Origin: Chromera velia
Lineage: Eukaryota
Assembly: GCA_018398765.1 (NCBI GenBank)
Contig: JAHBMJ010000503.1
Location: 1 to 46,319, forward strand
DNA length: 46,319 nt
Direction: 5' to 3'
Of this stretch, positions 10,509-25,007 are shown piece after piece. Position numbers and translations under genes: made by a program. Each line of letters opens with the position of its first letter. Position 1 is the first letter of the stretch. Under the pieces are notes generated by a model. The model was not told the DNA's origin and did no database searches. It saw only the letters and a program-made list of their open reading frames with translations.

Positions 10509-12772
10509 TAAACACACATGCAGAGGAAAGAAAGAACGGGACAGAAACGTCTCGATCAGGCGACACAAAATTTACGGAGGACCAACTTCTCTTCTCCTTC
10601 CTGTCTGCTGACAGACAACGAAGATGGCCTTAAGAAGAAGTGGATGAATAGACAGATGGATGTTGATCGAGGACGGTAAATAAGTGAGTACAGGCAAAAT
10701 AATTTAAACTGACTGGAGGATGACAAGGATTGATCGGAACATTGAGTTTGGAATTCTCTCCAGGAGTCTCCCACTGTCCCTGCACTTCGTCCCTCTCTCA
10801 AACTTCACACTGCTGCGCTCCTCTTTGAACGTCGCCTCATGCAGCTCGCTGTAACTGCAATTTCAGTCGACGCACATGATATGCATGAAGCTTCACCTAG
10901 CTTGCTTTGATCATTCCAAGAAAAAGACAGACACTGAAAAATCACGACAATGCCATCGGACCGTCCTTTATTGTGCAGTGTATTCGACATTTTCCTGAGC
11001 AAACTTGCAAAAAGAACGGCTGATTCTGCAGCCTCAGCCTGATCGATCGATCGACCAAATCCCTCCTCAGGGCACTTTGTGTATTGCAACGCGTGACGGC
11101 TTTCTTCTCGTCATGCAGAGGACTGACTGAATGCAGTGTCAGATGTATATGTAATGTAACCTGGAAGGCTTCGCATAGATGTATACTCAAACAAGCATGC
11201 ACAATGTCCCTCACACGCACAGACACCAAGGGGGGGCGTTGGGAAAGAATGGCAGGGTCACCTGTAGCTTCCTTCAGGTTTGGCGAGTGCGGCCTCTGAC
11301 GGTTTGGCGTTCCCATAGTATTTCAAGAGCCACTCTGCATGGATTCATGTATGTAGCTTTTATAATACATCCACACATCATGCATGACAGAAAGGGACAC
11401 GCTCGTACACATGAAAGGCATTGACGATCTGATCGCGCCAAAGGTGGATGAGTTAGCGATAAAGATCAAAGCCTCATGCGAACGAGAAATATACACTTTT
11501 GGTGAGACAGCATAAAGCTCGAGCAAGCCGAGTTGGCATCCAGTTTGGCATCTAGGTTTGGCATTCGACCATCAACACATCTGCCGACTTACGCACTCAC
11601 TTTCTTTTTCTCATCCCACCGTCCATCTATGGACCGATCCACTGACTCCTGCATACGCCTCTACCTACTGACGCACGCAGAAACACTCCCACGTATCCGT
11701 CAACTCACGTACACACGACACGACTCCCTGCTAGTACGGTCCACGAAACCTCCTGCCCTCCGCGTCCATAACAAACAAGCACGTACACAGATGCATAAAC
11801 GCAAAAATGCACTCAGCCATACATAGATGCATACGTACACACACCCCCACACACATCCACCCACACACATCCACACACACACACACACATATCCACACCC
11901 ACCCACACCCACACACACACACATACACACACATGCAGAAACACCCACGCGTGCACATGTTCGTCGACTGACTGACTGACCAGGGTCGTCGGCGTCGAGA
12001 ACGAACCAGCGGCGCTTGTGAGGTCCGTCCCCGTGGGAGTCCCACTCATTTTAGAGACGTATGATGAATCTTCCTTTCTTGCCGATCGCCCGCGCCTGCT
12101 CAAGAGACGGCATGTTCTTCTCCTCGGCATCTGGAAGGGTCCCTTCTGCTTTCGGTCTCCAGTGGTCCTTCAGAGGTGGTTTCGACATTGAAATCTTCGG
12201 AGCTGCAACTCTGCTAGTGGGCCGCGCTCTTCTGCATGCATGCAAGTGGCCATGCGTGTGCGCACAGTTGATTTGTTCCGTTGGAGGACACAACATGATG
12301 TTCAAAGCTGGTCGATGCACACGTGGATTACCCTCACAAACTCTCTCTCACTTTCTCTGTATGACACACAGCCATGCATGCATTTAGGTCATTTGGGTCT
12401 GAACGCAAGCGTGCACACATATCTGCAGTACGCCTCTAGAGTACGCCTCTCTTTCGGACCGGTGAACCGTGAAGCATAGATATAGATATGCATGGATAGC
12501 TTGGATTTCAAGAATGTCCGTAGCTACTCGTGAGCTTTAAGGAAATCCGAGGGGCTCCTAAACAGGGTGGGATCACGTGAGCAGCCATTTGAGCGTACTA
12601 ACTGTTGAAGACACGCCCGCCGTGCATACCCATGCAAGCTTGCTCAATTTGGATTCATCCATTAAATTTGAAATTGATTTGCTGCATGATCGAATTGATG
12701 CTGAAATCTCTCGACAGACCTGGGAGCCTGGTACTTAAACTCTGCAGACAGAGGCGGGAAGACACCTCCCAC

Positions 12773-15700
12773 CTACACCCGGACAGGCACCAAAGTTTCT
12801 GTCTCAACTCCACTTGGAGGAAGTCTGAGCTTCCACTTCTGGCCGGGATCCCCTTCCGGAGGAAGTGTGACGGTGACGGGAGCGCTAAGTAAGCTTTTCT
12901 CCTTCGGTCGCACGTCGGTCCCCCGAGTTGCGGAGACGCGGGTATCACCGAAGAAGACCTGTGGTGGAAAACGCACAGTGCAACGAATACATGTGTGCAT
13001 TGTAATGAGTTCGACTGACAAACACATGGCCGGAAGCAAAGCTTCATGACGGTAAGTTTTGTAGAATCACTTTTGATGTTGTCCATGCATACATCGATTA
13101 CCATGTCTTTCACTTCGTTCACTAATAGCAAGCCACCTGAACCACACACAGCTTCTTAAATGTTTTTGTTTCATGTATGGCTTCCTTCCCATCTGCTTCG
13201 CCTGGCATGCCCTCCACTCCCATTCCTACTCGCGTTCTTTTGTGAATCAATCAACTGACGCACGCACATCCATGGTAGTTGCCGAATCTGGAATCAGAGG
13301 ATGGTGTGAGATCAGCACATCCGTTCCGCCCTCTGCTGGACCCCCAGAAGGGTGAAGCTCGAGCTGAGAAAAGAAAAGAAGAGAAAGCATAGACGACCAG
13401 GGAATCCAGTGAGGAAATAGTGAATGGAGAGAGACAAAACAAGAAGGAAGGACGGAAGGAAGGAAGGAAGGAAGGAAGGAAGGAAGGGCGAGAGGACGCA
13501 CATGCATTCAACAAACAAAGAAGGAAGATTGCTAAGTTCAAGAAAGTTGAAGACGACCAGGGCACATATGCTGATTGAATTCCTGGCCGGAGATCCATGC
13601 ATGCATGCATGCATCCTTTTTGTTGACATGCTTCTTACTTGGCATGCATGTAGTTGACCCTCTCGATTCTTGCATCGATCGATCAAAGAAACAATGCATG
13701 CATATCTGCGTGCAGTCTAAAGAGCTAGAGCATGTAGAAGCCTGAATGGAGCCCCACTTTTCATTCACTAACCTTGTCTTCCTTCCCGTTGTCCGCCATT
13801 TTCTCCTCTTGCGGGTCCTCAATCTCTTGCGGTTTCTCCACCTGCTGCGGTGAGTTGGAGTCGGCCTTTTCCATCTGTATTCCGACGGTGGCAATCTCTC
13901 CGTCTCCCTTTTGTCCGCCTTTTCCTTTTTCTTTTCGGTCCATTTCCCCTTCGAGGGAGGCCACCAAAGCTCGGAGGGTCTCCAGATCTTCGCACAGTTC
14001 ACTGAACGTCTTGCTGAGAGCTTTCTCGCCCTTCGAGAGAGCGTCAAGGGCCTCCCCCCAGCTCTTGTCCTGACAGTTGAAGGAATTAAGGAACGATGGA
14101 TGATGACAAAGTAAGAACAAACAAAAGCCGTGTATATATGAATACATGCACACGCAAAGTTAAGTCACATACATACCGATACATACGTACATACAGACAG
14201 AAAAAAAAGATGTACATGCATGCAGTGGACAGAAACATCAAGAGAGCTCGAGCTAGAAACATGCGGGGATGCCGAGAGACATTTTCTCAGTTCTTGTTCG
14301 CCCGGAACGACAGCGCTAGGTAAACAAGGTCAAATTAGAAAGACTCAAGACGGTCGACCCACTTGAATCAGAAAACGACAACCGGGCCTGCTCAAGAAGA
14401 ATCAAAATTGAATTGATCGATTCGCCATCATGATACAGAAGTCAACTTACCTGTGGTTGCTCATCCACTCAGCTCCTCCCTCCATGTTTCTTTCTTCAGA
14501 GAACTCAAAACAGGCTAGTTGACTGTTGACTCTACCCTCTCTCACTCCCATTCTCGTTGATTCGGTCACCAAAAAGAATGACCAATCTGAACATGAAACG
14601 GTACAAGGGAGATATAGACCCACAAAGAAGGATACTCAGAGAGACTGACTTTCTGTTCTATCGCCTGCAATCTCTCTCCAAGGCTCTCCATATTCTTCTC
14701 CATACCCTGAAGGCCTCCTTGCAAGGTTTGTCCGAGTGAAGCCATTGCCCCCTTGTCCTTCTTACAGTTCTCCAAACGAGACGAAAAGGCCTCCAAACGA
14801 TCGCCTAGTGCCCCCTTGTCCTTCTCACAGTTCTCCAAACGAGACGAAAAGGCCTCCAAACGATCGCCTAGTGCCCCTTGTCCTTCTCACAGTTCTCCAA
14901 ACGAGACAAAAAGGCCTCTAAACGATCGCCTAGTGCCCCCTTGCCCTTCTCACAATTCTTCAAACGAGACAAAAAGGCCTCTAAACGATCGCCTAGTGCC
15001 CCTTTGCCCTTCTCACAGTTCTCTAAACGAGACAAAAAGGCCTCCAAACGACCAGAGAGACTCTTTGCTGCCTCAGCAGAACGTGTATTGTCTTCCTGCG
15101 CCGGCCGACGCACTTTTCGCACCTCTGTGCCGAGAACGCTCAAACAGGCATCGACTACTTTCTTTCTCTCATCTGCACGAGCCTGCACTGACTGCACCGT
15201 GTCACTCAGAATCCTAATCTCTGTTCTGACCTGCATCCAAATACGCAAAGGACAAGGCAGAGCTCCAGACGCCTAATAGCATTCCTTCTCGATCTGTCAC
15301 AGTGATTGTCACGCAGTCTGCATGACTCTCTACTGTGAATCTCCATGCCCGGAGAAGTATTTGGATGTGTATCGGTCTCGGCTGTGTTCTTGAAGATTGC
15401 CAAACCACATTTCGAAATAAGTCACGAACTGTTAGGCACAAACGAATCTGTGTTTGCTCTTCTTTACCCATACACCCATCTCCGCCGCTCTACATGCTTT
15501 TGCAGAAAACCAATAACATGCTCACTGACGACTCAACCCGCTCTCACCCCTATTCTACTTGACTCATGAAGAGTCTGACGGCGTGCATGACTTACCGGAA
15601 AGGACGAAAGAAAGGAAAACGTAAAAACTAAAGGACATACGTTCAGTCAGTCAGACAGACTGACTTTGTGCTCCACCGAACGCAATTTCTCTTCAAGGCT

Positions 15701-16165
15701 CTCTGTGGTCTTCATCACACCCTGAAGACCTCCTTGCAGGGTTTGTACGAGAGTAGCCAGTGCCGCCCCATCCCTCTGACAGTTCTCCAAGCGAGACTGA
15801 AAGGCATTCAGGTGATGAGAGAGATTGTCCGCTGCCTCTCTGGCACACCTGCTGGCCTCTTGCACCCGCCGCCGCAAGTCACATATTTCTGTGTCGAGGG
15901 TGCTCAAAGAGGCGTCGACTGTCTTTTTTCTCTCGTCTGCATGAGTCTGCATTGACTGCACCGTGTCACTGAGACTCTGGAGGACGATCACGACCTCTGT
16001 ACTCACCTGCAATCATTTCAGGAAAGGCATGAGAGCTATTCGGCGATTAAAAGAATTTCTTAAGAATTTCTTTTCCGTCCCTCTGCCTGCCTGTCTGTCT
16101 CTTTGCCTCTCTGCCTCTGTCTCTCTATTTCTCTGTCTGTCTGCCTGCCTGCCTGGCTGCCTGTT

Positions 16166-16196
<31 letters not shown>

Positions 16197-16248
16197 ATGT
16201 GTGTGTGTGTGTTTGTATGTGTGTGCCTGCCAGCTTGCCTGCCTGTTT

Positions 16249-16291
<43 letters not shown>

Positions 16292-16445
16292 TGCCTGCCT
16301 GCCTGCCTGCCTGCCTGCCTGCTTGCCTGCCTGCCTGCCTGCCTGCCTGCTATGGTGTTTGTCTGTCTGCTTGCCTGCCTGTTGGTCTGTCTGTCTCTCT
16401 GTCTGTCTCTTTGTCTGTCTCTTTATCTATCTCTTTGTCTGTCTC

Positions 16446-16489
<44 letters not shown>

Positions 16490-16543
16490 CCTGCCTGCCT
16501 GTCTGCCTGCCTGCCTGTCTGCCTGCCTGCCTGCCTGTCTGTT

Positions 16544-16591
<48 letters not shown>

Positions 16592-19500
16592 CATGAATCC
16601 CCTTTTTTCTGTATCCGTGTGGGTGTCCCTCTGTCTGATAAAGCACTGCGACCTCATTCTTTTTGTGTGCCAGCATTTGTATGGCCTTCTTATTTTGGGT
16701 TGAAACACCAAACACCAAAGCACATGGGAGACCAACTTTGTGTTCCATCGCCCGCAATCTCTCTCCAAGGTTTTTCATCTTTTTCTCCACACCCTGAAGA
16801 CCTCCTTGCAAGGTTTGTGCCAGAACGGCCATTGCCCCCCCATCTCTCTCACAGTTCTCCAAACGAGATAAAAAGAAACTCAGACGGTCAGAGAGATTGT
16901 CCGCTGCCTCTCTGGCAAATCTGCTGGCCTCTTGCACCTGTTGCTGCACTTCGCGCATCTCTGTACCAAGAGTGCTCAAGGAGGCGTCGACAATTTGTTT
17001 TCTTTCGTCTGCACAAGTTTGCACTGATTGGAGCGTGTCTCGCAGACTCTCAATGCCCTCAGCGACCTCCGTGCGCACCTGCAATAAAAAAAAAAAGGCA
17101 CAAGAGAAACGGAGTGGGCAAAAGAATTCTCGGTTCGACTGACTGCGTGTCTGTCTGGCAGTCTGTCCCTCTATCTGTCCCTCAATGTATCTTTTTGTCT
17201 ATCCGTCAGTCTGTCTCTGCATATGCAAGTGCATGCCTCTCTGTCTCTCTCACTGTGTATCTATCTTTCTATCTCTCTATTAGACTGCCTGTCTATGGAT
17301 CTGTGCTTCAAAATACTTTGATTTCGTTTTTTTTTGTGCGTGCAATCATTCGTGTTGTTTTGTGAGATGCCCCTCTTCCGCGAGCCTGTCTGGCTTCCTG
17401 CCTGCACACAGGCTTCGAGGCTACCTGTCAGTCTGTGAATCTATCTATGCATCCGGTGTCAGTCTGTGAATCTGTCTATGCATCAGTGTCTCTCTGGGAG
17501 TATGTCTGCCTGCCTGCCTGCCTGTACGTATATCTGTCTGTATGGACTTCATCACTGGCGCGAATGCATGCCACTCTCTCCCCCTTCTTGGATTTCTGCA
17601 TTTCAACCAGTCTTTGTCCCTGCCCTTCTACTGCCTGTCAAACGTTCGCGTTTCGAGATACCAAGGGTTCACTATACGTACGGAATGAAAGGCAACGTCA
17701 TCAGCGCCTCCAGCTTCAGGCACCCCCTTTTCTCGCTCTTCCTCGTGCATGCAGACACTTATTTGGACACCGTCCGTGCGAGCTACCTACCGCTTTGGCT
17801 TCTTGGCGGATCTCCTTGAGAAAGCCCTCCCATGAGGAAATTCGGGTTTCGATCGAGTGCAGACGGTCCTGCATTGATTGCATGATGTATTTGTACATAA
17901 TATTAATATATATTCTATTTGTATTCATATGTTGGAGCACAAACAATCCTGCAGGTCAGGTACGTCCATACAGATTGCTAGTCTCTTGCACTAGCTGTGC
18001 TCATTTGCCCCCATTCACAATCATGCTCCTCGATCGATCACCTCTGGATGCATACAATGTTCGGATCGACTGACTGGTCGACTGCAGGCACAATCGATCA
18101 TCGTTTGCATTGCATGACGCGCTTCTTTTTATTATCAGACTAGCTACCTGCCCTTTTTTGTTTGCCCGCATGATTAATTGCCTGTTGACTGTCTGACTGA
18201 CATTGTTGAAAATGCAATGAGTGATGCCGCTCTCCCCGTCTGCTGCCCCTCTCTTGTCTCTGCGCACGAGAAGCCCCCAGTCGCCTTGAGCTTGACGGAA
18301 TAAACAAAGAGCAGGAAACATTTACATGAAGTTGAAGGACCGAGGTAAAAGAGGGAAGGTACAGAATCAATGATCAAACGAGATTTCAGATGACATGTCA
18401 ATCATCGGAGTCTTAAGTGGAAGGGCAGAATTGCCGTCCAGAGAGAAAGGAAGTCCCATTCACTGAGTAAGAATCATGCAGACGCGGGCACCACACCAGA
18501 AGTACAAAACAAAAAAGTGAACGTGACAGCAAAGTGTGCATGACTCTGCTCATGTAGAGACAGCGGATCCCTTTTCAATCCAGTTGCTATGCATTTAAAA
18601 TTGTCCCATTCCTGCGTAAACAAACAACTGCAGACATGCGGTCTTGATGTACCTACCTTTACGGCTGCGCGTTCTTTCAGATTATCCACAGGGAACTTGA
18701 AAGAACCAGACAAAGCCCAAGTACCGAATCTGGGGGCTTCCCCCGAGAGAAATTGGATTTCATCGGACAGGGCCCATCCGTCTCCCATGCAGCCTCCTTC
18801 TCCCTTCAATCCCCCGCACAACGCTCTGGTCATGTCCTCACAAATTCCTCCAGATACCTTTCCGTTCTTGCCCTTGTGACTGGGGCCCGCAGAGAGTGGG
18901 TCTTTTTCATCTAATGCGCAGATCCATTCATCAAGACGGCCAATCAAAAAGTTTTGTGCAATCGAGGCACTTACACCCGCTCCTCTGCCCCCCCTCTCTC
19001 CAGTGTTCCTCATTTTCTGTAGTGTGTCTTCAAGCAGGGCAGCCCTCTGTCTATTTTGGCGACTTTCCGACTCCCACCTCCGTCTCTTGTTCTCCAGACA
19101 TGCCGACAAAAGACCACACACGAACCGAAAGCGTTCATTTCGCAGTTCTGAAGTCCTGCATGAGTTGATCCGTTCCATCATCAGAGCATTCGGTTGCGGT
19201 GCGTCTTCACCAGCTCCACTGTTCTCCTCTGCACAGTTGATGACAGGCCCAGCCAACTCCTCAGCAACTGCACTCGCCACCCCCAAGGGAAGTGGAAGAC
19301 CCCACTGGGCTCTCTCATGATTCGGGAACTCTATGGAGAAAGTGTTGCGTCCTATCTCCTGGTGACTCTCTTTCGACCGCTGCTCCCGCTCCTGCGTCTC
19401 CGCAGCTTTATGGACTCCATCCACCACCCCCACTTTTCCCTCTTCTAGTCCCTCTTCCCTTGTGCCTGACGACCCATGTTTTTGCTTTGATGCGAAAAGA

Positions 19501-20734
19501 AGGGTCCGAGCAAGAGACTGCACTCGGATGGAAGTGAAAGGGTCGGGTCCCTTCTTGAAGGGCCTCCCAGAAATTCTACCTTCCAGACGACGGTTTGCAG
19601 TAGTTGCCTGCGGAGACCCGACACAGCATGCAAACAAGAAACGATCGATGCATGGGCTTATGGAGGACAGGAAATGAAAGTGAGACAAGCAGCTAGATAC
19701 GATGACTGTGGCTCGTGAAGAGCAAAGCAAAACGAAACTGAAGATGTCTTACTGCGGATCAATGTCGAAATGCAGAAACCAGAAAATGCGAGTAAAGTCA
19801 GTGAATGCATCCCAGCCACTTTACTCCCCTTCTTTTTGAAAGTATGTCTGATCTAGAGATTGACTATGTATGAAGCGATCTAGGTCTGTCATCGACTCGC
19901 TCATATGCATTCGTTTTAAGTCAGTGTCTTCAGGCCTACCCGTAGCATCGTTTGTCGACAAAGCCCTGCCATTCGTCGCGATGCCACAAAGAGGGGTCGG
20001 ACCGTGGCAGTCATTTTCTTTACTTCCGTTTCTTTCTGCACTCACAAGAAGAAGGGAGAAGACACACAGTGTTGCCAGATCTTGTGCTGAGTCAGGGGCA
20101 ATGCTTGACTGCACCTGTGTGTCAGTCTATCGTCTGGACAGGTTTTTATGCAAAAATCGGGGTGCCAAGGCAAGGGCAAAACGATGAGAGAATTCAAAAA
20201 ACTTTGAAGGAAGACGCACAATTTTAAGCCAAGGCTCTCCAGTGTACGGCATACGCGAAAAACAAAACAGAGCCAGGGCCGAGCAAAGAGTGATACAGAT
20301 TGCCGACTTACATTGTTCAATATTTGTTTGGTCATCAACAGGGAGTCTGCAGGCAGAATTAATGTACGTGGAAGAGCAAAACAGAGGGATGGAAGATCGA
20401 ACAAACAAGTGTACAACGTCAATCAAATGGTATCACGAAAAGGTGGCACGCACATCAATTCGGAAGAAGAAAGGGAATTAATCGCACTGACGACAAAAGA
20501 AGTCACGAAGATGCAAGTGGGATGAATTAGAGATAGATCGTCATGTGCCCCCCTTTCCGCCAAAAGAAAGAAAGAAAGAAAGAAAGAAAAAGCTTTTTCG
20601 CCAAAACAGAAAAACTCGGAGGCAGAGCGATCTCCAGACTTTTCAATTCATGCAAAGTTTTTCGACAGGAAAATGGAACTTTGGGCATACAATAAGCAAA
20701 AAAGCACACACACACATACATACACACACATACA

Positions 20735-20773
<39 letters not shown>

Positions 20774-21804
20774 ACACGCACACACGCACACACACGCACA
20801 CACTTTTGGTTTGAACTTCAGAAGATCTTCTTCGCTCCAATAAAGAATCTAGGCAGACTGCAAGGACATTGACAGAAACTAACGAAACAGTTCTCTCCGA
20901 CCTCAGGAGACTCAGTCCTACCTACCCACCCACCAACCCAATCTGAGAAGCCTCTGCACGTGCAGTAGAGCATCTGCAACCGCATTCCCTCTCATCATCC
21001 GTCCGTCATCCCCGCCCTCTGGCTGCTCCTGTTCGTGCATCTTTACAGCGCGACCCTCTGCGTTAGTATACGCAAAAAGAAGCTGCGCATGACCAGCGGC
21101 GCACAGGTCCCGTAGAAGCTGCACAGATGGACGTAAAGGAGAGGAAAGCTGTGTGCAGCGCTCGTTAATGGACAATTAAACCATCAAAAGCTACACATCA
21201 TCGGGCAAGAGAAAGGGAAAAACACATTCACAGAGATAGATCCTTGGGTGTAGTGTACAGGAAGCCGCGCGTGCATCGATGCTGATGCCCCATACACGCA
21301 GGCCTGGAGGCAGACTTAGTCCAACAGATCGACCGTAGAGAAAGAGAGCAGAGGCAAGAAGAAAAAGAGAGCAGAGATAAGTAGAAAAAAAGGAATGTCA
21401 TACAGCTTCCCTCCTCATCGACGGAAAGCCTGACAGACCATGAACGCCCTTGTAAGACTGCTAGGCAAATCAAGCAGCAGGTTGGCAAGCTACTCATTGA
21501 ATTGAATAGAAAAATCCTGCAACAGGTAGATGGTCTGACTGACTTACCATGTTGTCGGTCTGGATCTGGAGATCATTTTCGTCCATTGTCACGGAGAGCC
21601 GCTCAAGGGTACAAACCTGATCTTGCAAGGAGGACACGTCAAGGCAGCAAGGAGCAAAGAGAAGAAGGGAGAGAAGCAGAGAGGAGACGATGAAAAAAAG
21701 AGCTGAGGAAAAGCAACCAAGAGGCCACATTCATCGGCCAATAAGGATTATGGACGAAAGACTAGGAAAGAAGCGCGAGCACCAAAAAGGGTCAAATAAA
21801 AAGA

Positions 21805-21845
<41 letters not shown>

Positions 21846-21850
21846 CACAC

Positions 21851-21907
<57 letters not shown>

Positions 21908-22088
21908 AGACCTGGTCGAATTTTCTCAATGGATTCTGTCACAGAGAATCCAGAGGCACGGGAAGGGCCGCGGAGGTATAAGGGAAGGGAAGGGAAGGGA
22001 AGCAAAACGGAAAGGAAATAAAAATACTGACCACCTCCTTGAGTACTCCGAGTTCGTCTTTCATTTGCAGAATCTGTAGGCAGGCCGG

Positions 22089-22124
<36 letters not shown>

Positions 22125-22732
22125 CACAGGATTAAACACACATGCATGCATGCATGCATGCACGCACTGACTTCAATGATCTTTTGACGGAAGGGAACCT
22201 GAATTGAAATGAAAGCGTGATGAGTGAATATGGAAAGAAAGAAAGAAGCCGTTGGTCTGCTTGCCCGTCAAGCTTGGTGCATGTCTGGTTGCATTCGTAT
22301 TCTTGTGAATAATGTTTGACAACGCATCCGTTCGCATCCGTTCTCTACATGCCTGCCTGCCTGCCTGCCTGCCTGCTCCATGGACTACGTATCTGTGTGT
22401 CAGTCCGTCTGTCTGTCAGTCTGAGTATTGTTTTGTCTCTCTGTTCGCAGGTCAGTCTATCAATTTGTCCAACCGAGTTTTTCTGCCTGTCCTCGATTCC
22501 TCTTTGGTCCCTCCCGAAATTTGCTTTTCCTTCCTCTGAGTCGACAGCCCACCTCATCATCGAGTGTTTGTTGTACCGCGGCTACAAGTTCTGAGGATCC
22601 GTCAGCGGCACTATAGTTTCGCCTCTGTCCGAGCTGAAGCAGGAAGGCAGCTCTCAGGCGCTCGACTTCCGCAGACAGTCCGGAAGTTGCGGGCGTCTTC
22701 TCGCCATCTCTGTCAATCGAAGGACCTCGATT
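12773..22732 (-). CDS. Multi-exon coiled-coil-rich protein of unknown function (partial model, at least one frameshift; may be pseudogenising)
   Basis: Open exons with AG/GT borders: 22553-22732, 22032-22073, 21548-21616, 20938-21118, ~19825-20035, 18657-19607, 17791-17868, 16737-17078, 15665-16006, 14650-15230, 13773-14069, 13268-13363, ~12773-12958. Most are exact multiples of 3 (phase 0). The protein is E/K/L/Q/R-rich with heptad character. The start exon and 3' end are not resolved. Confidence 0.65.
14746..15051 (-). repeat. 63-bp coding minisatellite (21 aa, GALGDRLEAFLSRLENCEKxK), five units
   Basis: Units start at 14746, 14809, 14872, 14934 and 14997. The third unit is 62 bp (4 C instead of 5 at 14874-14877). 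Confidence 0.95.
16081..16590. repeat. Compound intronic microsatellite (CT)n/(GT)n/(GCCT)n/(GTCT)n
   Basis: Directly visible simple repeats. Similar tracts lie at 10400-10505, 20705-20800, 21810-21905 and 22745-22795. Confidence 0.95.
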
Positions 22733-22744
22733 CTGCATATACAC

Positions 22745-22794
<50 letters not shown>

Positions 22795-24311
22795 GAACAA
22801 ACCCGCCCTTCAAGAGACTTTATTAGTTGAATCCATGGGGCAGAATGCGACAAAGAGGCACAGAAAAAGATGTGCCGACAGAGGGACAACCCCGAAGGTG
22901 GACAAATAGACGAATGGACGGACAGACGGACAGACAGACAGACATCCGGGCACAGAGACAGATAGAAAGACAGAAATAGACAGACAAAAAGAGAGATCGA
23001 CAAAGCAAGATATGAATGCATGTCGTGGAACGTACAAATGCCGAGGAGAATCGGGGAAATGCTCTTGCATGCGTGTACGATCGGATAACTCACACACCAG
23101 GGAGAGAGTTGGGGAGTCCAAAAGGATGGGCCAAGAAGGAGAAAAGAGAGAAGAAGAATCTTCTTAGAGGAAAACCAGAAGGAAGAAACACGAAGACAGA
23201 TGAGGACACTGTCAGAGGAAGCAGACAGGCAAGCATGCAGGTTGAATGCAAGCAGACAGACATGCAGACAGCCCGGGGGCAAGAGATTGAGCTCGAATAG
23301 AAACAGGCAGTTAGGCAGTGTAACAAACCGATGGCTTCTGAAAAAAATCGGACCGCGTACGCCCAGAAGAAGCAGTGTGAGCATCCTTGGTAGAGCGCAC
23401 ATCTGAGAGCTCACTTAGCCAGAGCTCAAGGCGTCTGTGTCTTCTAAGCATTGCGCTGGCTGTTCTGGGCACTCACGTTGAATCGGACACAACCACAACG
23501 TTGATAGGGGAGGACGCTCTGCAATCACTTGGTTAATTGGATGTCCGCGGGGCCTTGTCACAAATAAGACGACTCGCCTTTTGAAGGTCCACCTTCAAAG
23601 TGCACGGCCAGAGAAGGAATGGGGGTTATGCCAGAGGTTTGTCATGACGCCTGGACATACCTGACTGCACCTCTTTGCAAAAAAATGTCGCTACCTGATT
23701 TGCTCGTGATGTCCTTTTCTCTTTGTTTCTCTTCCTCCAACTTCTTAATAGCTACTTTAACAGGCTTGTCCCTCGTATACATGAGCATGCGTTTAAAATT
23801 TCTTTCTCTGCATGCATATATGCCAGGCAGTTTTCTTGATTCTCGTGCTCTATCACGCCGTGGCCCCGCGCAGAGAGGCTGCCGTGGCCCTGCGATGCGC
23901 GCTAGGTGCACGCGTCGTATACGGCCCGGCCCGCACGGGACACGGTATCTGCATGAATGTTTTCTTCGGAAAAAACGGAGCAGGTGGATGCAGATGGCCA
24001 ACAAAAGGGTGGTAGACTGCGATCAGAAGTCCTATCTAAAGCTGACAGTAGCAGAAGTGTTGGAAGAGCACGAAGGGAAGAAGATCGCAACATATTCGAA
24101 AGAGTATGTGGAGTTGACAGCAGACTTTCCACCGTTTGTTTGTTCTACAGTTGGAGTATTTACACTGGGACTGGTGGCTATGTATGGCTGTGTTAAAAAA
24201 GATAGTGAAGAAAATTGCAGAAACGAGGGTACCAGTGATTGATGTTTATGCAGATGTGTTTAATTTAAAAGCTATTACATTTTAAAGTGTATATGTACAC
24301 AAATGTTACTA

Positions 24312-24726
24312 TACCAAGGCCAACTCAATTTGGTAAACCCATACAGCCAATTACGATTGTGATTGCAAGTGTGAAAAATATTTTGATCGTGCAAACAGTT
24401 TTTGAGACTTGTAACATGTTTTTGATAATATTCGTGAAGTCTGTGCAAATTTTCAAGTTCATACGTGCGACCAATTATGTTTGCCAAAAATATGAAAATT
24501 CAAAGTCGGGACTCAATTTTTTTGGTTTCCGGGGCCGCTCGACTTTAAATTTTCATATTTTTGGCAAACATAATCGGTCGCGCGTACAAACTTGAAAATT
24601 TGCACAGACTTTACGAATATTATCAAAAACATGTTGCAAGTCTCAAAAGACTGTTTACACGATAAAAATATTTTTCATATTTTGTAATCGCAATCGTAAT
24701 TGTGCCAAATTGAGTTGGTCTTGGTA
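24312..24726. mobile_element. Palindromic MITE with TA TSD (Tc1/mariner-type non-autonomous)
   Basis: TA|TACCAAGGCCAACTCAATTTGG ... CCAAATTGAGTTGGTCTTGGTA|TA. Arms ~24312-24510 and ~24538-24726 are near-perfect reverse complements. Confidence 0.8.
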
Positions 24727-25007
24727 TATACGTACAGCTTTGTGCACTAAGTTTTTGACATTAAAAAAAAAATTAAATTGTTCAAAACTGAAAAACTGGG
24801 AGTCCATATTCCCGAATCCCGCTTGAGGATTCCATTTCCCTCAATCTCTTCCGAATGCAAAAAGGCTTACATAAAATGATTCAAATGAAAGAATTGTTTT
24901 ATTTTTTTAACTTAAAAATATATTCATATGATACTTTTTAGTGGACTATAATACTAATATGGAGACCAGAAGGGTGCATCCAACCAAACTTGAAAGTGTT
25001 TCCTGAA

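Noticed and set aside
10550..12700. Further minus-strand exons of the coiled-coil gene
   Set aside because: Exon-like pieces exist (e.g. ~11980-12232), but frames and phases could not be reconciled and the expected frame contains stops.
16103..17365. 420-aa plus-strand ORF and the many CVCV/HTHT/LSLS/PACL ORFs
   Set aside because: They are stop-free readings of microsatellites or antisense shadows of real minus-strand exons.
23619..24242. 207-aa plus-strand ORF
   Set aside because: No recognisable motif. It spans a GC-rich patch and compositionally different halves, so no product can be supported.
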